The notes below the pieces were generated by a model, which saw only the letters and a list, made by a program, of their open reading frames with translations, ran no database searches and was not told where the DNA came from. The translations under genes and the position numbers were made by a program. Shown piece by piece: positions 1-9,894 of a stretch of 64,000 bases of DNA; the first letter of the stretch is position 1, and every line of letters begins with the position of its first letter. This DNA comes from Minisyncoccia bacterium (GTDB taxonomy: Bacteria > Patescibacteriota > Minisyncoccia > Phycocordibacterales > UBA9973), in contig JBBRWS010000006.1 in assembly GCA_038249055.1 (NCBI GenBank), positions 927 through 64,926 of the forward strand, given 5' to 3'.

Positions 1-1077
1 AAAATCTGCAAAAGTAATAAGAATTTCATGGAGAGAACCCGTTCTCTCACCTACCACAATAAGACTCAAAAGTAAGTTTGGAAAAAGTTTTGGGTATTTA
101 ATAAGTGATTCTGAAATAGGAACACCACTTTTTATATCCTCTATGGCTTTATTTATAGCTTCAGTATATTCACTATTGTTCATTGATTCTGAGGCAATAA
201 CTAAAGAGTCTATAACTGATAGCCCACTACCTATTAGGTTACCTAGTGTACGAGAAAAGCGAACAAGGGCAATTTTTTTAATTAAATTATTCGCAACTGG
301 TAAATGAGAGGCTATGCTAAAGAAAAGTTTTTTTCCTACTTTTGTAGTTCTAAAATAAGAAAAGAAAAAAATAAGACCAGCAATGACTGCTACGTCGGCT
401 AAATAACTCCAAGTAAGAATATCAGAAACAAATAAAAAGACCTTTGTAATCCAAGGCAATGCTACTCCACTTGATGCAAATGAAGCAGTTAATTTTGGAA
501 GAACAAACATAAGCATTAGTACGACGACTACCGCAGATGCGACTAAAAGTATAATCGGATAAGTAAGTGCTCCTTTTATTTTACTTCGTAGTGCATATTC
601 TTTAGAAAGATATTTTGCAAGTTCAGATAGATTTTGATCTAGTTGCCCTGACACTTCACCTGCTTTTATCATTCCAATAAAAATAGGCGGGAACGAATCT
701 TTATATGCCATAAAAGCAGTAGAGAGAGGTTGTCCATTTTGAACCATTGCTTGGACCCCCTCCAAAATCTTTTTCATGAATTTATTTTTAGTATCTTTAA
801 CTAAAATTTCAAAGGCTTCAATTATAGATAGCCCGGCCTTCACTGTGATAGCAAGATTTCGAACAAAAAACATTATATCTACGGAACTCACACTATCAAA
901 TAATTCTATTGATAAAATACCTTTACCTTTGGAAATGTCATTAATAGATTTTACAGATAAAGGAACAAGATCTCTTTTATTTAAATAATCAATAACCTCG
1001 TTCGGAGAAGAAGCTTCATATTCACCATGTATAATTTTATTATCTGTATTTGATGCTTCGTAAAAATATGTTGCCAT
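1..1077 (-). CDS. pilC: Type IV pilus assembly platform protein PilC (GspF family), C-terminus beyond window start
   Basis: Manual reverse translation from rc-ATG at 1075-1077 reads MATYFYEASNTDNKIIHGEYEAS... and stays open to position 1. Two T2SS-F type repeats and hydrophobic segments. It sits directly downstream of pilB. It is absent from the ORF track because it is incomplete. Confidence 0.75.
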   Translation of the reverse strand, partial: MATYFYEASNTDNKIIHGEYEASSPNEVIDYLNKRDLVPLSVKSINDISKGKGILSIELFDSVSSVDIMFFVRNLAITVKAGLSIIEAFEILVKDTKNKFMKKILEGVQAMVQNGQPLSTAFMAYKDSFPPIFIGMIKAGEVSGQLDQNLSELAKYLSKEYALRSKIKGALTYPIILLVASAVVVVLMLMFVLPKLTASFASSGVALPWITKVFLFVSDILTWSYLADVAVIAGLIFFFSYFRTTKVGKKLFFSIASHLPVANNLIKKIALVRFSRTLGNLIGSGLSVIDSLVIASESMNNSEYTEAINKAIEDIKSGVPISESLIKYPKLFPNLLLSLIVVGERTGSLHEILITFADF

Positions 1078-1176
1078 TTCGCTGTTACAAATTTATTAAT
1101 AATTATTTTATCAAATCGACATTGCTTATTATTTTTATTTTTTTAATAAAGAATTCGGTATAAGGCTCAGTATAAT

Positions 1177-2886
1177 TTATTCATTAACTACTCGCATTAT
1201 TTCTTCTATTGTAGTAACTCCTCTTTCTATTTTATCTAGACCGTCTTTAAACATTGTTATCATACCCTTTGAAATAGCATATTTTCTAAGTTCTGAAACT
1301 TGCACTTCTTTTGCTATCAATTCACGAGCTTCCTCATCTATAGCAAAAACTTCAAATATTCCAATCTGTCCAGTAAATCCTGAATTACCGCAAACTTTAC
1401 AGCCTTTTCCACGATAAATAGTTGTTGGAATATCTACATGTTCAATCCCAGAAAATGCTATCTGTTCTTTTATGTTTTTTATTATTTCTGGCGTTGGTTC
1501 ATATGATTCAATACACGAACTACAAATACGGCGAACTAGACGTTGAGCAATAATTAAATTGACAGTCGAAGAAAGCAGGAATGCTGGCGCTTTCATATCT
1601 ATCAAACGAGGAATGGCAGATGGTGCGTCATTAGTATGCAAAGATGACAAAACCAAGTGACCAGTAAGAGCCGCTTGAATCGCAATCTCTACTGTTTCAT
1701 CATCTCGAATTTCTCCTATCATTATAATATCTGGATTTTGACGAAGCAGAGCACGAAGTCCATTAGCAAAAGTTATCCCTGTTTTTGTATTAACTTGAGT
1801 TTGATTTACTCTTGGAAATTCATATTCAATAGGATCTTCAATGGTAGTAATGTTTACTAAGGGTGTATTTAAAATATGTAGTATTGCATAGAGAGTAGTT
1901 GTTTTTCCATGACCGGTAGGTCCAGTAACAAGAATCATTCCGTGTGGTTTTTTAATTTCATTACTAAGTATTTCACTCGCTTGATCTGAAAAGCCGAGAT
2001 CTTTTAAAGTTAGCGGTCGTGCTGAACTTTTTAGTAATCTCATCTCAACTTTTTCACCGTGAAAAATTGGCATAATATTTACACGAACATCAAGATTGGA
2101 TCCATCTTGCATTTCAAAACGAAAACGCCCATCTTGAGGAATACGATGTTCATCTATTTGAAGATTGCCGAGAATTTTTACCCGAGCTACAAGTATAGGG
2201 GCTATGTCTTCAGGTAGAGTTACTATTTCATTCATTATTCCATCTATACGAAAACGGATTAAGAGTGAATGTTCAAGTGGTTCAAAATGAATATCGGATG
2301 CATTTAAAGTAATAGCCTGCTCAATAATGTTATCTAATATTGCAACAATAGGCACTGCTGCTGCTGTTTTTTTAAGATCTTTTCCGTCTGTAATTAAAAG
2401 AGATTGTTCTATATTTTCAGAAATAATTTGATTAAAACCAGTATTTATTTTCTGTTTATATTGCTTTAAACCATAACGCAAACTAGTATATGTAGTGAGA
2501 TATATATCTACCCAGGCATTAAATTTGGCACGTATATACTCTATTGTGTCATAATCAAGTGGGTCGAGCATTGCTAATTTTACAATCCCCTTTTCTTTAT
2601 CATAATCAAAAAGTACTATACTTTTTGATTTAGCATAGACTTCTGGAATAAGTTCTACAACTGAACGCTCTAGAACTATCTTTTTTAAATTTATTATTGG
2701 AACTCCATAATAAGGAGCTAGAAGTTCTGTTAAATAATCTTCTGTTATTTTTTCATTTCCAATTAAAATATTTGTTATAGTTTGACCACTGCGCTTTGAT
2801 TCTTCTTGAGCTAATTTAAAATCTTCTTCAGAAACTAACCCTGACTCAAGTAAAATAGATTTAAGTTTTTCTTCGCTTATATGCAT
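1177..2886 (-). CDS. pilB: Type IV pilus assembly ATPase PilB (GspE family)
   Basis: 569 aa. Walker A GPTGHGKTTT, an Asp/His box and a C-terminal tetracysteine motif (CSSC...CKVC). The N-terminal domain is GspE_N-like. Confidence 0.9.
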   Translation of the reverse strand: MHISEEKLKSILLESGLVSEEDFKLAQEESKRSGQTITNILIGNEKITEDYLTELLAPYYGVPIINLKKIVLERSVVELIPEVYAKSKSIVLFDYDKEKGIVKLAMLDPLDYDTIEYIRAKFNAWVDIYLTTYTSLRYGLKQYKQKINTGFNQIISENIEQSLLITDGKDLKKTAAAVPIVAILDNIIEQAITLNASDIHFEPLEHSLLIRFRIDGIMNEIVTLPEDIAPILVARVKILGNLQIDEHRIPQDGRFRFEMQDGSNLDVRVNIMPIFHGEKVEMRLLKSSARPLTLKDLGFSDQASEILSNEIKKPHGMILVTGPTGHGKTTTLYAILHILNTPLVNITTIEDPIEYEFPRVNQTQVNTKTGITFANGLRALLRQNPDIIMIGEIRDDETVEIAIQAALTGHLVLSSLHTNDAPSAIPRLIDMKAPAFLLSSTVNLIIAQRLVRRICSSCIESYEPTPEIIKNIKEQIAFSGIEHVDIPTTIYRGKGCKVCGNSGFTGQIGIFEVFAIDEEARELIAKEVQVSELRKYAISKGMITMFKDGLDKIERGVTTIEEIMRVVNE

Positions 2887-2967
2887 GTCATAATTATAAC
2901 ATATTTATATAATAAAAGTTTAAAAAATATACTAATTAAATCAAAATAAACTTTTTTAATAAAAATC

Positions 2968-3172
2968 TGGCCGAACTGAGAGGTCCAACCACGTGTGGCC
3001 CCAGTGATTGTACCTCTAATGAGGAAACCCAAGGTCTTTTTAAAAAATATGATACGATTATTTTTATTTATAATCCATAACAGGGGTACAACCTTGATTG
3101 AGTACAATCACCTACTGGGCCGAAGCCACAGCCCGTGAGGTCAATTTGGTAATTGAAGCTTGGACCTCTATA
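2968..3172. repeat. Composite GC-rich palindromic repeat (two sub-elements) of the GAGGTCCAACC/GGTACAACC family
   Basis: gaggtccaaccacgtgtggccccagtgattgtacctc (2979-3017) and ggggtacaaccttgattgagtacaatcacctactgggccgaagccacagcccgtgaggtc...cttggacctcta (3083-3170). The second part aligns over about 95 bp with the copy at 5400-5490. Confidence 0.8.
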
Positions 3173-3179
3173 AAAACTC

Positions 3180-3953
3180 TTAAAAATAACTTAATATAAT
3201 TTTAGTGAAAAGTAGCCCAAAAAATGTTGCAAATATAAATGCTGGTTCAACAGCTAATATTTTGTTAATTTCTGATTCAATAAAATTTATTTTTGGGAAA
3301 AATTGTTTAAAAATGGTTTCAGATAATCTTTCTGATATAACAGGATAAATTTTCTTAAAAATAGTTTTTAAATAATAAAAAGCAAAGAACAAAATAGCAA
3401 AAATAAACCCTAAGGACAAGGAAACTAATACTCCCATCCATCCAGAAATCAGCATTAGAACTAACATTAACTCAGGACCCTTTTCCAAAAATCCTCCCCG
3501 ATAAAATTTCCAAGTTCTAAATACAAAATACATAAGACCTGAAAAAGTAAATAAAATAAAAATATTAAGCCATACTCTTCCCCAAATATAAAACAAGAAA
3601 TATCCAAGATTATTATTAAAAAGTGGACGAGTCCATTCTAAATAAGAAGGAAATGTAATTTCTACAGGAAGAGGAGAAGTTAATAAAAACTTAGTAACTT
3701 CACTTGCGGTTGACCATACATAGTACTGACCCCAAGAAACAAATAATCCATAAAAAATATTCAAACCGAGAGCGATAAGAATAAGTTTTAAAAATGAAAT
3801 ATTCTTTAGTCCAGTAAATATTTTTGACAGGAATTTATTGTTGGATTTTATCCAAGTAGGTTGAAAATAACGAATAGCTACTATGATTAAAAATAAAATC
3901 CATACACCTAAAACTATCGCGTTTAAATTAGAAAAAATAAAATTTAATATCAT
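3180..3953 (-). CDS. Hypothetical polytopic membrane protein
   Basis: 257 aa ORF with 6 or more hydrophobic segments. No prepilin-peptidase motifs (no CxxC, no DxxxD), so it is not called PilD. Confidence 0.5.
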   Translation of the reverse strand: MILNFIFSNLNAIVLGVWILFLIIVAIRYFQPTWIKSNNKFLSKIFTGLKNISFLKLILIALGLNIFYGLFVSWGQYYVWSTASEVTKFLLTSPLPVEITFPSYLEWTRPLFNNNLGYFLFYIWGRVWLNIFILFTFSGLMYFVFRTWKFYRGGFLEKGPELMLVLMLISGWMGVLVSLSLGFIFAILFFAFYYLKTIFKKIYPVISERLSETIFKQFFPKINFIESEINKILAVEPAFIFATFFGLLFTKIILSYF

Positions 3954-4014
3954 AATGCCCTATTATATACAAAAAACACCTCAGTGTAAAACTGAGGTGT
4001 TTTTAGAGAGAAAA

Positions 4015-4698
4015 TTAGAAATCTACTCCAGCTGCTGTCTTACCCAAAATTAATAAGTTAGTACCAGTTTCATAATAAAGATTACTATTTCCACCGTCAC
4101 TTAAATATTTATTGTCAGTTGAAGTATATGCTGTACTTTCTAGAGTAGCATCAATTTCAAAACCAATAGGACTTTGTGAACATCCATAACGATAAACTAA
4201 GTCTGTATTTGCAACATTAGTGCCTGGGGTTGCAACTGTATTTATAGGGTCAACAGGAACATTTGATATTGGAGAACCTCCAGATATATTTCCAAAATTA
4301 ACAGGAATCCAACCTGTACCATTTGTAAGTCCTGGAGTTGCTGATTGCACTAAAGCTGGAACACTGCCAGTTCCACCGTCTAATGTTGCATCTGTCATAG
4401 CAGTTCCAGATGGAAGAGAGTAAAATATTTTATTTGTTCCTGCCCATGTTCCAGTTGTAGCCTGACATTCAGCATTTGATGCTAAACCTCCTAGGTATAC
4501 AGGTGAGACACTTGTCATATAAAGACCAATAGCTGTTTTTAATGTACTCAAGTCGGAGATACGTTGAGCATCACGCGCCTTTTTTAAAGTTTCTGCTGGA
4601 TTCAAAACAATAACAAGAGCAACGGAAAGAATAGCTAAGATAGCTATAACAATCAAGAGCTCCAACAATGTAAAACCACCCTTTTTATTCTTTTTCAT
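4015..4698 (-). CDS. Type IV pilin/pseudopilin (prepilin with class III signal peptide)
   Basis: The likely start is MKKNKKGG|FTLLELLIVIAILAIL (internal ATG of the track ORF 4015..4743). This is a classic prepilin leader with an N-terminal hydrophobic helix. The C-terminal Cys pair is compatible with a disulfide loop. Confidence 0.8.
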   Translation of the reverse strand: MKKNKKGGFTLLELLIVIAILAILSVALVIVLNPAETLKKARDAQRISDLSTLKTAIGLYMTSVSPVYLGGLASNAECQATTGTWAGTNKIFYSLPSGTAMTDATLDGGTGSVPALVQSATPGLTNGTGWIPVNFGNISGGSPISNVPVDPINTVATPGTNVANTDLVYRYGCSQSPIGFEIDATLESTAYTSTDNKYLSDGGNSNLYYETGTNLLILGKTAAGVDF

Positions 4699-4897
4699 AA
4701 AAAATATATTTATAGAAATAAAATTATTAATAATATATAACACTTCGATATGGTAATTATATCAAAAAACATAAAAACAAACAAACAATTGTGGATAACT
4801 ATATTAAAACATTCAACATTTATAATAAATAGTGACCACTAGATATCTTAAAAAAATTCTTTTTAGTATTTATTAAGTAAAGAAATAAATTTAAAAT

Positions 4898-5281
4898 TTA
4901 TTTAAGATACATTTTTATTTTATTTATAATTTCTTGAATAGATTGATCTATTTTAACTAAATATTCAGTTGCTCCGAGTTCTAATGCTCGAGTCTTATCG
5001 TCTTGTTGTCCAAGATTTGAAATAATTATTATTGGAATTTTTGAATATTTTGAATTTTTTCTAATTTCCTCTAACACCCAAAAACCATCTTTCTTTGGAA
5101 TCATTAAATCAAGAATAACAAGGTCTGGATGTGCTTCTTCAAGGAGTTCTATTGCTTCTTCCCCATTACGGGCAAGAATTGAAAAAATTCCAGCTTTTGC
5201 GAGCTGTAATTGATAAACTTTTGAAATCTGAAAATCATCTTCTACTATTAGTATCCTCTTTTCATCTGTATCCATGTACAC
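4898..5281 (-). CDS. Single-domain response regulator receiver (CheY-like)
   Basis: 127 aa. ILIVEDD...DLVILDLMIP...K gives the acidic pocket, phospho-acceptor Asp and conserved Lys pattern. There is no output domain. Confidence 0.8.
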   Translation of the reverse strand: MYMDTDEKRILIVEDDFQISKVYQLQLAKAGIFSILARNGEEAIELLEEAHPDLVILDLMIPKKDGFWVLEEIRKNSKYSKIPIIIISNLGQQDDKTRALELGATEYLVKIDQSIQEIINKIKMYLK

Positions 5282-5367
5282 ACATATAATAACATTTAAA
5301 ATAAAACTATCAAATTAAATGTTATTTTTATTTATCTATTTTTAAAAAATAATACTAGGTTTTTTGT

Positions 5368-5490
5368 GGGAGTATACCTCCACACTTATATTTTTATAGA
5401 CATCCAACCTTGATTTAGTAAAATCACCTCACGGGCTAGCTGGCTTCGCCCAGTAGGTCATTATGCTTAATAAGAGGTTGTACATCTATA
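5368..5490. repeat. GC-rich palindromic repeat element (same family as 3083-3170)
   Basis: catccaaccttgatttagtaaaatcacctcacgggctagctggcttcgcccagtaggtcatt...aagaggttgtacatcta. The flanks are collinear with the 3083-3170 copy. The central 26-28 bp hairpin is inverted relative to that copy. Confidence 0.8.
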
Positions 5491-5568
5491 AAAATGGTTT
5501 GGGGGTATAGCAAGAAAATATAAAACTTGTTATAATTATTCAGAGATATAAGGGTTTCGTAAATCATT

Positions 5569-7020
5569 ATGAATATTTTAAATTTACTTACAAAAGAAAA
5601 ACACGTAGCAGGGGTTGAAATTAACGACTTGTTTATACGTGTTACTTATTTTCGACCTCGGAAGAGAACTATTTTTAAAAAACATGAAGGTATTACAAAG
5701 CCCCCTAAGAATGAAATAGTATTAATAGAAGAATCTATACCTCCAAATGTTGTTTCAAATGGGATTGTTGTGGATAAAGTAACGCTAGGAAAGATTTTAA
5801 AAAAAATCTGGAACAAAGAGAAACTTAAAAAAAGCTACGCGATTGTTTCAATACCAGAGGATAAAATTTATTCTCATGTTTTTAGCTTCCCTAAAAATGT
5901 TACTGAGCAACAACTAGAGCTAGCCATAAATCTAGCTATTGATTTCCAACTGCCTTTCAAAAAAAATGAAGTTTATACTGGCTGGGAAAATAATAATGTT
6001 TCTAATACTTCAAATGAAATCCTTATTTCTGCAATACCTAAAAATATTGCAGATGATTATATTGAGGTTTTAAATAATGTGGATATTAGTGTTCTAGCAC
6101 TTGAATCACACATTGCAAGTATAGCCCGTTCTATAAAATTAAATGCTGGAGAAACAACTCTTATTACAAAGAAAAATCAGTTTAGCATAACGGTATTCAG
6201 CTTAAAGGATGGCATAAATCAATTTTCAAGGACATTACCACTTGTCTTTGTGAATGATGAAGAAAAATTAATTTCTGAAGTAAATAAAATAAAAATTTCT
6301 CTTGAATCTGAAACAAAAGAATCAATCAAACTACTCTCCCTCATAAACGCAACGGTCAAAGATGAATATTCAATTTACCCAGAAATTTCTGCTGACCCAG
6401 AATCCAAATGGTTTGTATCTCTAGGAGCATTTATTCGAGGAGAAATAGCACAAGGAGAAGATTATCAAATAAGTTTACTTCCTGTTGGTACTGTTAAAGC
6501 TTATGAATATCAAAAATCAAAAACATTCATAACCCTTGTTCGTAATATAATAATAGATATTTCTATATTCTTTTTAATCACTTTTATAATTGCTTATCTT
6601 TTAATTTTTTCTCTTTCTCAAATAATAACTAATACAAGTACTAATATTTCAATTGCCCCAGTTTCTCCTGAGTTAGTAGAAAAAGAATCCTTAATTAAAA
6701 AAATAAATTCTTTAACCTCAATATCTTCTTCATTTTTATCTAGCACAATAAATTGGAGTATTCTAATAGATGAAATTAATTCTCGAACTACAAGTGGAAT
6801 TATAATATCTAATTTTTCAGTTCCTTCAATAAATGAAAATGTTTCCATTATTGGTCTAGCAAAAGATCGTGATACTTTAAATGTATTTAAGAAGTCACTT
6901 CAGGAATCATCTTATGTAACTCAAGTAGAACTACCAATTACAAATTTAGAACAAAAAGCAGATATCCCATTTTCACTTTCATTTCATATTAAAGATCCTA
7001 GTATGTTATATTATAAATAA
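5569..7020 (+). CDS. PilM-like (actin-fold) protein fused to a PilN-like transmembrane/periplasmic tail
   Basis: 483 aa. The N-terminal roughly 330 aa look like a pilus-assembly ATPase-like fold. They are followed by a TM segment (IIIDISIFFLITFIIAYLLIF) and a C-terminal domain of about 120 aa. The gene lies in the pilus locus. Confidence 0.45.
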   Translation: MNILNLLTKEKHVAGVEINDLFIRVTYFRPRKRTIFKKHEGITKPPKNEIVLIEESIPPNVVSNGIVVDKVTLGKILKKIWNKEKLKKSYAIVSIPEDKIYSHVFSFPKNVTEQQLELAINLAIDFQLPFKKNEVYTGWENNNVSNTSNEILISAIPKNIADDYIEVLNNVDISVLALESHIASIARSIKLNAGETTLITKKNQFSITVFSLKDGINQFSRTLPLVFVNDEEKLISEVNKIKISLESETKESIKLLSLINATVKDEYSIYPEISADPESKWFVSLGAFIRGEIAQGEDYQISLLPVGTVKAYEYQKSKTFITLVRNIIIDISIFFLITFIIAYLLIFSLSQIITNTSTNISIAPVSPELVEKESLIKKINSLTSISSSFLSSTINWSILIDEINSRTTSGIIISNFSVPSINENVSIIGLAKDRDTLNVFKKSLQESSYVTQVELPITNLEQKADIPFSLSFHIKDPSMLYYK

Positions 7021-7021
7021 T

Positions 7022-7582
7022 ATGTTCACAATAAAAAATTTATTATTACTTATAGTTCGCAACACAATTATTTCTTTTATATTTGTTGCTCTTTCTTTGG
7101 CTGGAATATTTTTTATTAATAAAAAAATAGAAATTATAACTAATAATATAGTTTTAAATCATAAACTTATATCTGAGCTTAAAAAAAGGACTGAGCTTTT
7201 TTCTACAATTGAAACAGATTCTGAAATAGTTGGAAAAAATGATATTCTTATAAATAATGCTTTTGTTCCTTCAAATAATATTTCAAAATTTACAAATACA
7301 CTTGATGATTTAGCATCTGAAAATCAAATTACACAAATATATAGATTTGAAACACCAGTGTTATCAGGAACTTCTGGTGAATTTTCTACATCCACAATTT
7401 CATATACAAATAATATATCGGCGGATATTTCCGTATTTTCTAAATATTTAAAAGATTTTGAAAAACTTCCATACTTTACAAAAATAGAAGGTTTTAATAT
7501 TGCATCACAAGATAAAAATGGAATAGTTGGTTTATCTAATATTTCAATAAAGGCTACATTATTAACCCAAACAATACAATAA
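7022..7582 (+). CDS. PilO-like bitopic membrane protein (hypothetical)
   Basis: 186 aa. N-terminal TM helix, then a coiled segment. Its position after the PilM/N-like gene is the main support. Confidence 0.3.
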   Translation: MFTIKNLLLLIVRNTIISFIFVALSLAGIFFINKKIEIITNNIVLNHKLISELKKRTELFSTIETDSEIVGKNDILINNAFVPSNNISKFTNTLDDLASENQITQIYRFETPVLSGTSGEFSTSTISYTNNISADISVFSKYLKDFEKLPYFTKIEGFNIASQDKNGIVGLSNISIKATLLTQTIQ

Positions 7583-7584
7583 AA

Positions 7585-8181
7585 ATGGATATTAAAGATA
7601 CACTTCAATTTATAGAATCAAAAAAAATGAAACGAGCTGATTTTGTTTATTTGGGTGTAATTTTATTATTTTTAATAATTACTATATTTTTATTTTTTTT
7701 ATCAACGAGTTTTATTATAAATAATGTAAATAAAATATTCTTACAAAATGAAGATGGTTTAGTTCAATCCCTTGATAAAGATAAATATTTACTTATTGAG
7801 AAAAGGCTGAATTTACCTAAAAATATTCCTGGGGAAAACCCAATAGTGATTCCGGTTACACCAGATATTACAACTCCACAAATAGAGGAAGTTTTAGTAT
7901 TTGATAAAAAATCAGTTATCATAAATATATTAAATAGTACTAAAAAAGCAGGTGCTGCTTCCCTTTTATCTAAAAAATTAGAAAGTGATGGTTTTTCCAA
8001 AGCATCAACTGGAGACAGTACTGAGGTCTATGAAACGACAACAATTTTTATTAAGAATAGTAAAAAAGAATTCCTTACTGATGTACAAAATATTGTAAAA
8101 AAAATATACCCAGCCGTAATAACAGAACTAGCTGGAGAAGATTCAGATTTTGATGTAACTATAATAATCGGTAATAAATAA
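7585..8181 (+). CDS. LytR_C-domain membrane protein
   Basis: 198 aa. N-terminal TM. The C-terminal roughly 90 aa match the LytR C-terminal domain pattern (VLVFD...ILNSTKKAGAASLL...DSDFDVTIIIG). Confidence 0.45.
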   Translation: MDIKDTLQFIESKKMKRADFVYLGVILLFLIITIFLFFLSTSFIINNVNKIFLQNEDGLVQSLDKDKYLLIEKRLNLPKNIPGENPIVIPVTPDITTPQIEEVLVFDKKSVIINILNSTKKAGAASLLSKKLESDGFSKASTGDSTEVYETTTIFIKNSKKEFLTDVQNIVKKIYPAVITELAGEDSDFDVTIIIGNK

Positions 8182-8238
8182 CTATCTCTATTTTCAATAA
8201 ACATCGCTCAAAAACTATTTATCTGTTAGTATAGAATA

Positions 8239-8805
8239 ATGAAAATAACATCCACTAAATTTATAAAAGGAGTCGTTGGAGATGACGATATACTTGCTAA
8301 TAATATTCCCCAAATAGCTTTTATAGGGCGTTCAAATGTAGGCAAATCAAGCCTTATAAATACACTGACTAATAGTAAAGTATCTCGTACGAGTTCATTC
8401 CCTGGTAGAACTCAAGAAATAAATATTTTTCTTATAAATGATGCATTTTACCTTGTAGATCTACCCGGTTATGGTTTTGCTCGTGCCTCAGGACTCGGAC
8501 GTGAAAAAATAGGAGAATTAATTGATTCGTATCTTTTTAATTCAATTTATAATCAAAAGAGAGTAGTTCTTATAATCGACGCCAACGTGGGCATGACAGA
8601 AAGAGATATTACAATGTACCAAGAACTAGTGAACCATGAAAAAGATTTTATTATTGTTGCAAATAAAATAGATAAAATGACGCAAAGTGAATACCATAAA
8701 AAAATGACTGAACTAAAAAAACTGGTAGGAGAAAGTATAGTAATACCATTTTCAACAAAAACACGAAAAGGATTAGATGCTCTTTCTGATACAATCTTTG
8801 AATAA
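8239..8805 (+). CDS. engB: Ribosome biogenesis GTPase EngB/YihA
   Basis: G1 GRSNVGKSS, G3 DLPGYGFA, NKIDK (G4). 188 aa, typical size. Confidence 0.9.
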   Translation: MKITSTKFIKGVVGDDDILANNIPQIAFIGRSNVGKSSLINTLTNSKVSRTSSFPGRTQEINIFLINDAFYLVDLPGYGFARASGLGREKIGELIDSYLFNSIYNQKRVVLIIDANVGMTERDITMYQELVNHEKDFIIVANKIDKMTQSEYHKKMTELKKLVGESIVIPFSTKTRKGLDALSDTIFE

Positions 8806-8808
8806 ATA

Positions 8809-9891
8809 TTATTTTAAATTTCGCTTTATAAAGTATTTAATTTTCTTAAAAATATTTTTTTCTAATTCTTCTCCTTCTAGTAGAATATAATTATAATCTG
8901 ACGGATATCCTACTAGCTCCATAAAGCCTTTGCCTTTAATTTTTTTATTATCTATACTTGCAACTACTTCCATGGGCCCTTCCCAGTAATTAATCTGTCC
9001 AAAAATCATTTCTTGATCTTTTATTAAAGAATTTGTTTCTATTATAATATTTGCCTCTGGTATCTCTATCTTCCAAGAAATAGGATATTTTGCTTTTGTT
9101 TTTTTACTTTTCCAAAATTTATCTAAAGGTATAATGAGAGCTTTTTTATATTGTTTTTGGATTCCTTCATTATCTATTATATCTATTAATATATTTGACT
9201 CTTTTTTTGTATTATATTCCACGCACATTATTTCAGTACCATTTTCTAGTTGAAATGAAAACCAAGTCCATTTATCTTTTTTATAAACAGCATCAGCCCA
9301 TTGATGATCCATCCATGCTTTTCCTTCCACTTCTATCAATTTATCATTAATATTAATATGTCCTTTAACGCTTAAATTTGTAAATGAATAGTAATAGCTA
9401 CCCGATGCTGGAGTTCCTACATAACCATGCCCTCCTTCAAATAATGGTTTTTTCTTTGATTCTAAATAAAGATTTAAATTATTAGTTTTAAGATGAAAAT
9501 TATTTGGAGTTGTTTCTACTATTTCACCATTTAAATCTTCACCAAAAATGTGAATATTTTTATAGTTTACATATAAAAGTTTATCTTTAAAACTGTCATC
9601 TGATATTTGAGAGATATTTTGTATTTCTTTATAACTTTTATTTTCTGTAATATCTGAAATAATAGAATGAGCAAAGTGAATATATTCCGCTTTTTTTATA
9701 TTATCTTCTATCAAGTGTGGCAAAAAATGTGGAATATTTACTTCGCTTAAATTAACCTTAAAAAGACAATCCATAAAAGAATACTCCTTGCCTTGTTTAT
9801 CATATAAATGACCATTAAAATACCACCACTCAACATTAAAATCGTGTGGCCCATTATCTTCTGGTAATTTTATAGGCTTTATTTCTTTCAT
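8809..9891 (-). CDS. AttH/CrtC-like (lipocalin-like) domain protein
   Basis: The motifs EWWYFNGHL and AWMDHQWA match the CrtC/AttH N-terminal domain signature. Confidence 0.5.
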   Translation of the reverse strand: MKEIKPIKLPEDNGPHDFNVEWWYFNGHLYDKQGKEYSFMDCLFKVNLSEVNIPHFLPHLIEDNIKKAEYIHFAHSIISDITENKSYKEIQNISQISDDSFKDKLLYVNYKNIHIFGEDLNGEIVETTPNNFHLKTNNLNLYLESKKKPLFEGGHGYVGTPASGSYYYSFTNLSVKGHININDKLIEVEGKAWMDHQWADAVYKKDKWTWFSFQLENGTEIMCVEYNTKKESNILIDIIDNEGIQKQYKKALIIPLDKFWKSKKTKAKYPISWKIEIPEANIIIETNSLIKDQEMIFGQINYWEGPMEVVASIDNKKIKGKGFMELVGYPSDYNYILLEGEELEKNIFKKIKYFIKRNLK

Positions 9892-9894
9892 AAA

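Noticed and set aside
1657-1860. 67-aa plus-strand ORF inside pilB
   Set aside because: Antisense to pilB. The other short antisense ORFs in the track are treated the same way (4220..4423, 6618..6848, 7324..7608, 7764..8000, 11503..11700, 13697..13909, 14290..14496, 19357..19608, 21607..21822, 22665..22930, 23971..24159, 26676..26993, 27372..27804, 28146..29433, 35486..35752, 38965..39824, 42569..42778, 44118..44312, 46747..46929, 48143..49198, 50301..50651, 52377..52622, 56928..57215, 57806..58837, 59917..60132, 61065..61979).
2877-3107. 76-aa minus-strand ORF
   Set aside because: It lies over the palindromic repeat cluster between pilB and the next gene. Low-complexity translation.
3180-3953. 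Prepilin peptidase PilD for the membrane protein between pilB and the pilin gene
   Set aside because: No N-terminal CxxC...CxxC and no conserved catalytic Asp pair motifs. The protein almost completely lacks Asp and Cys.
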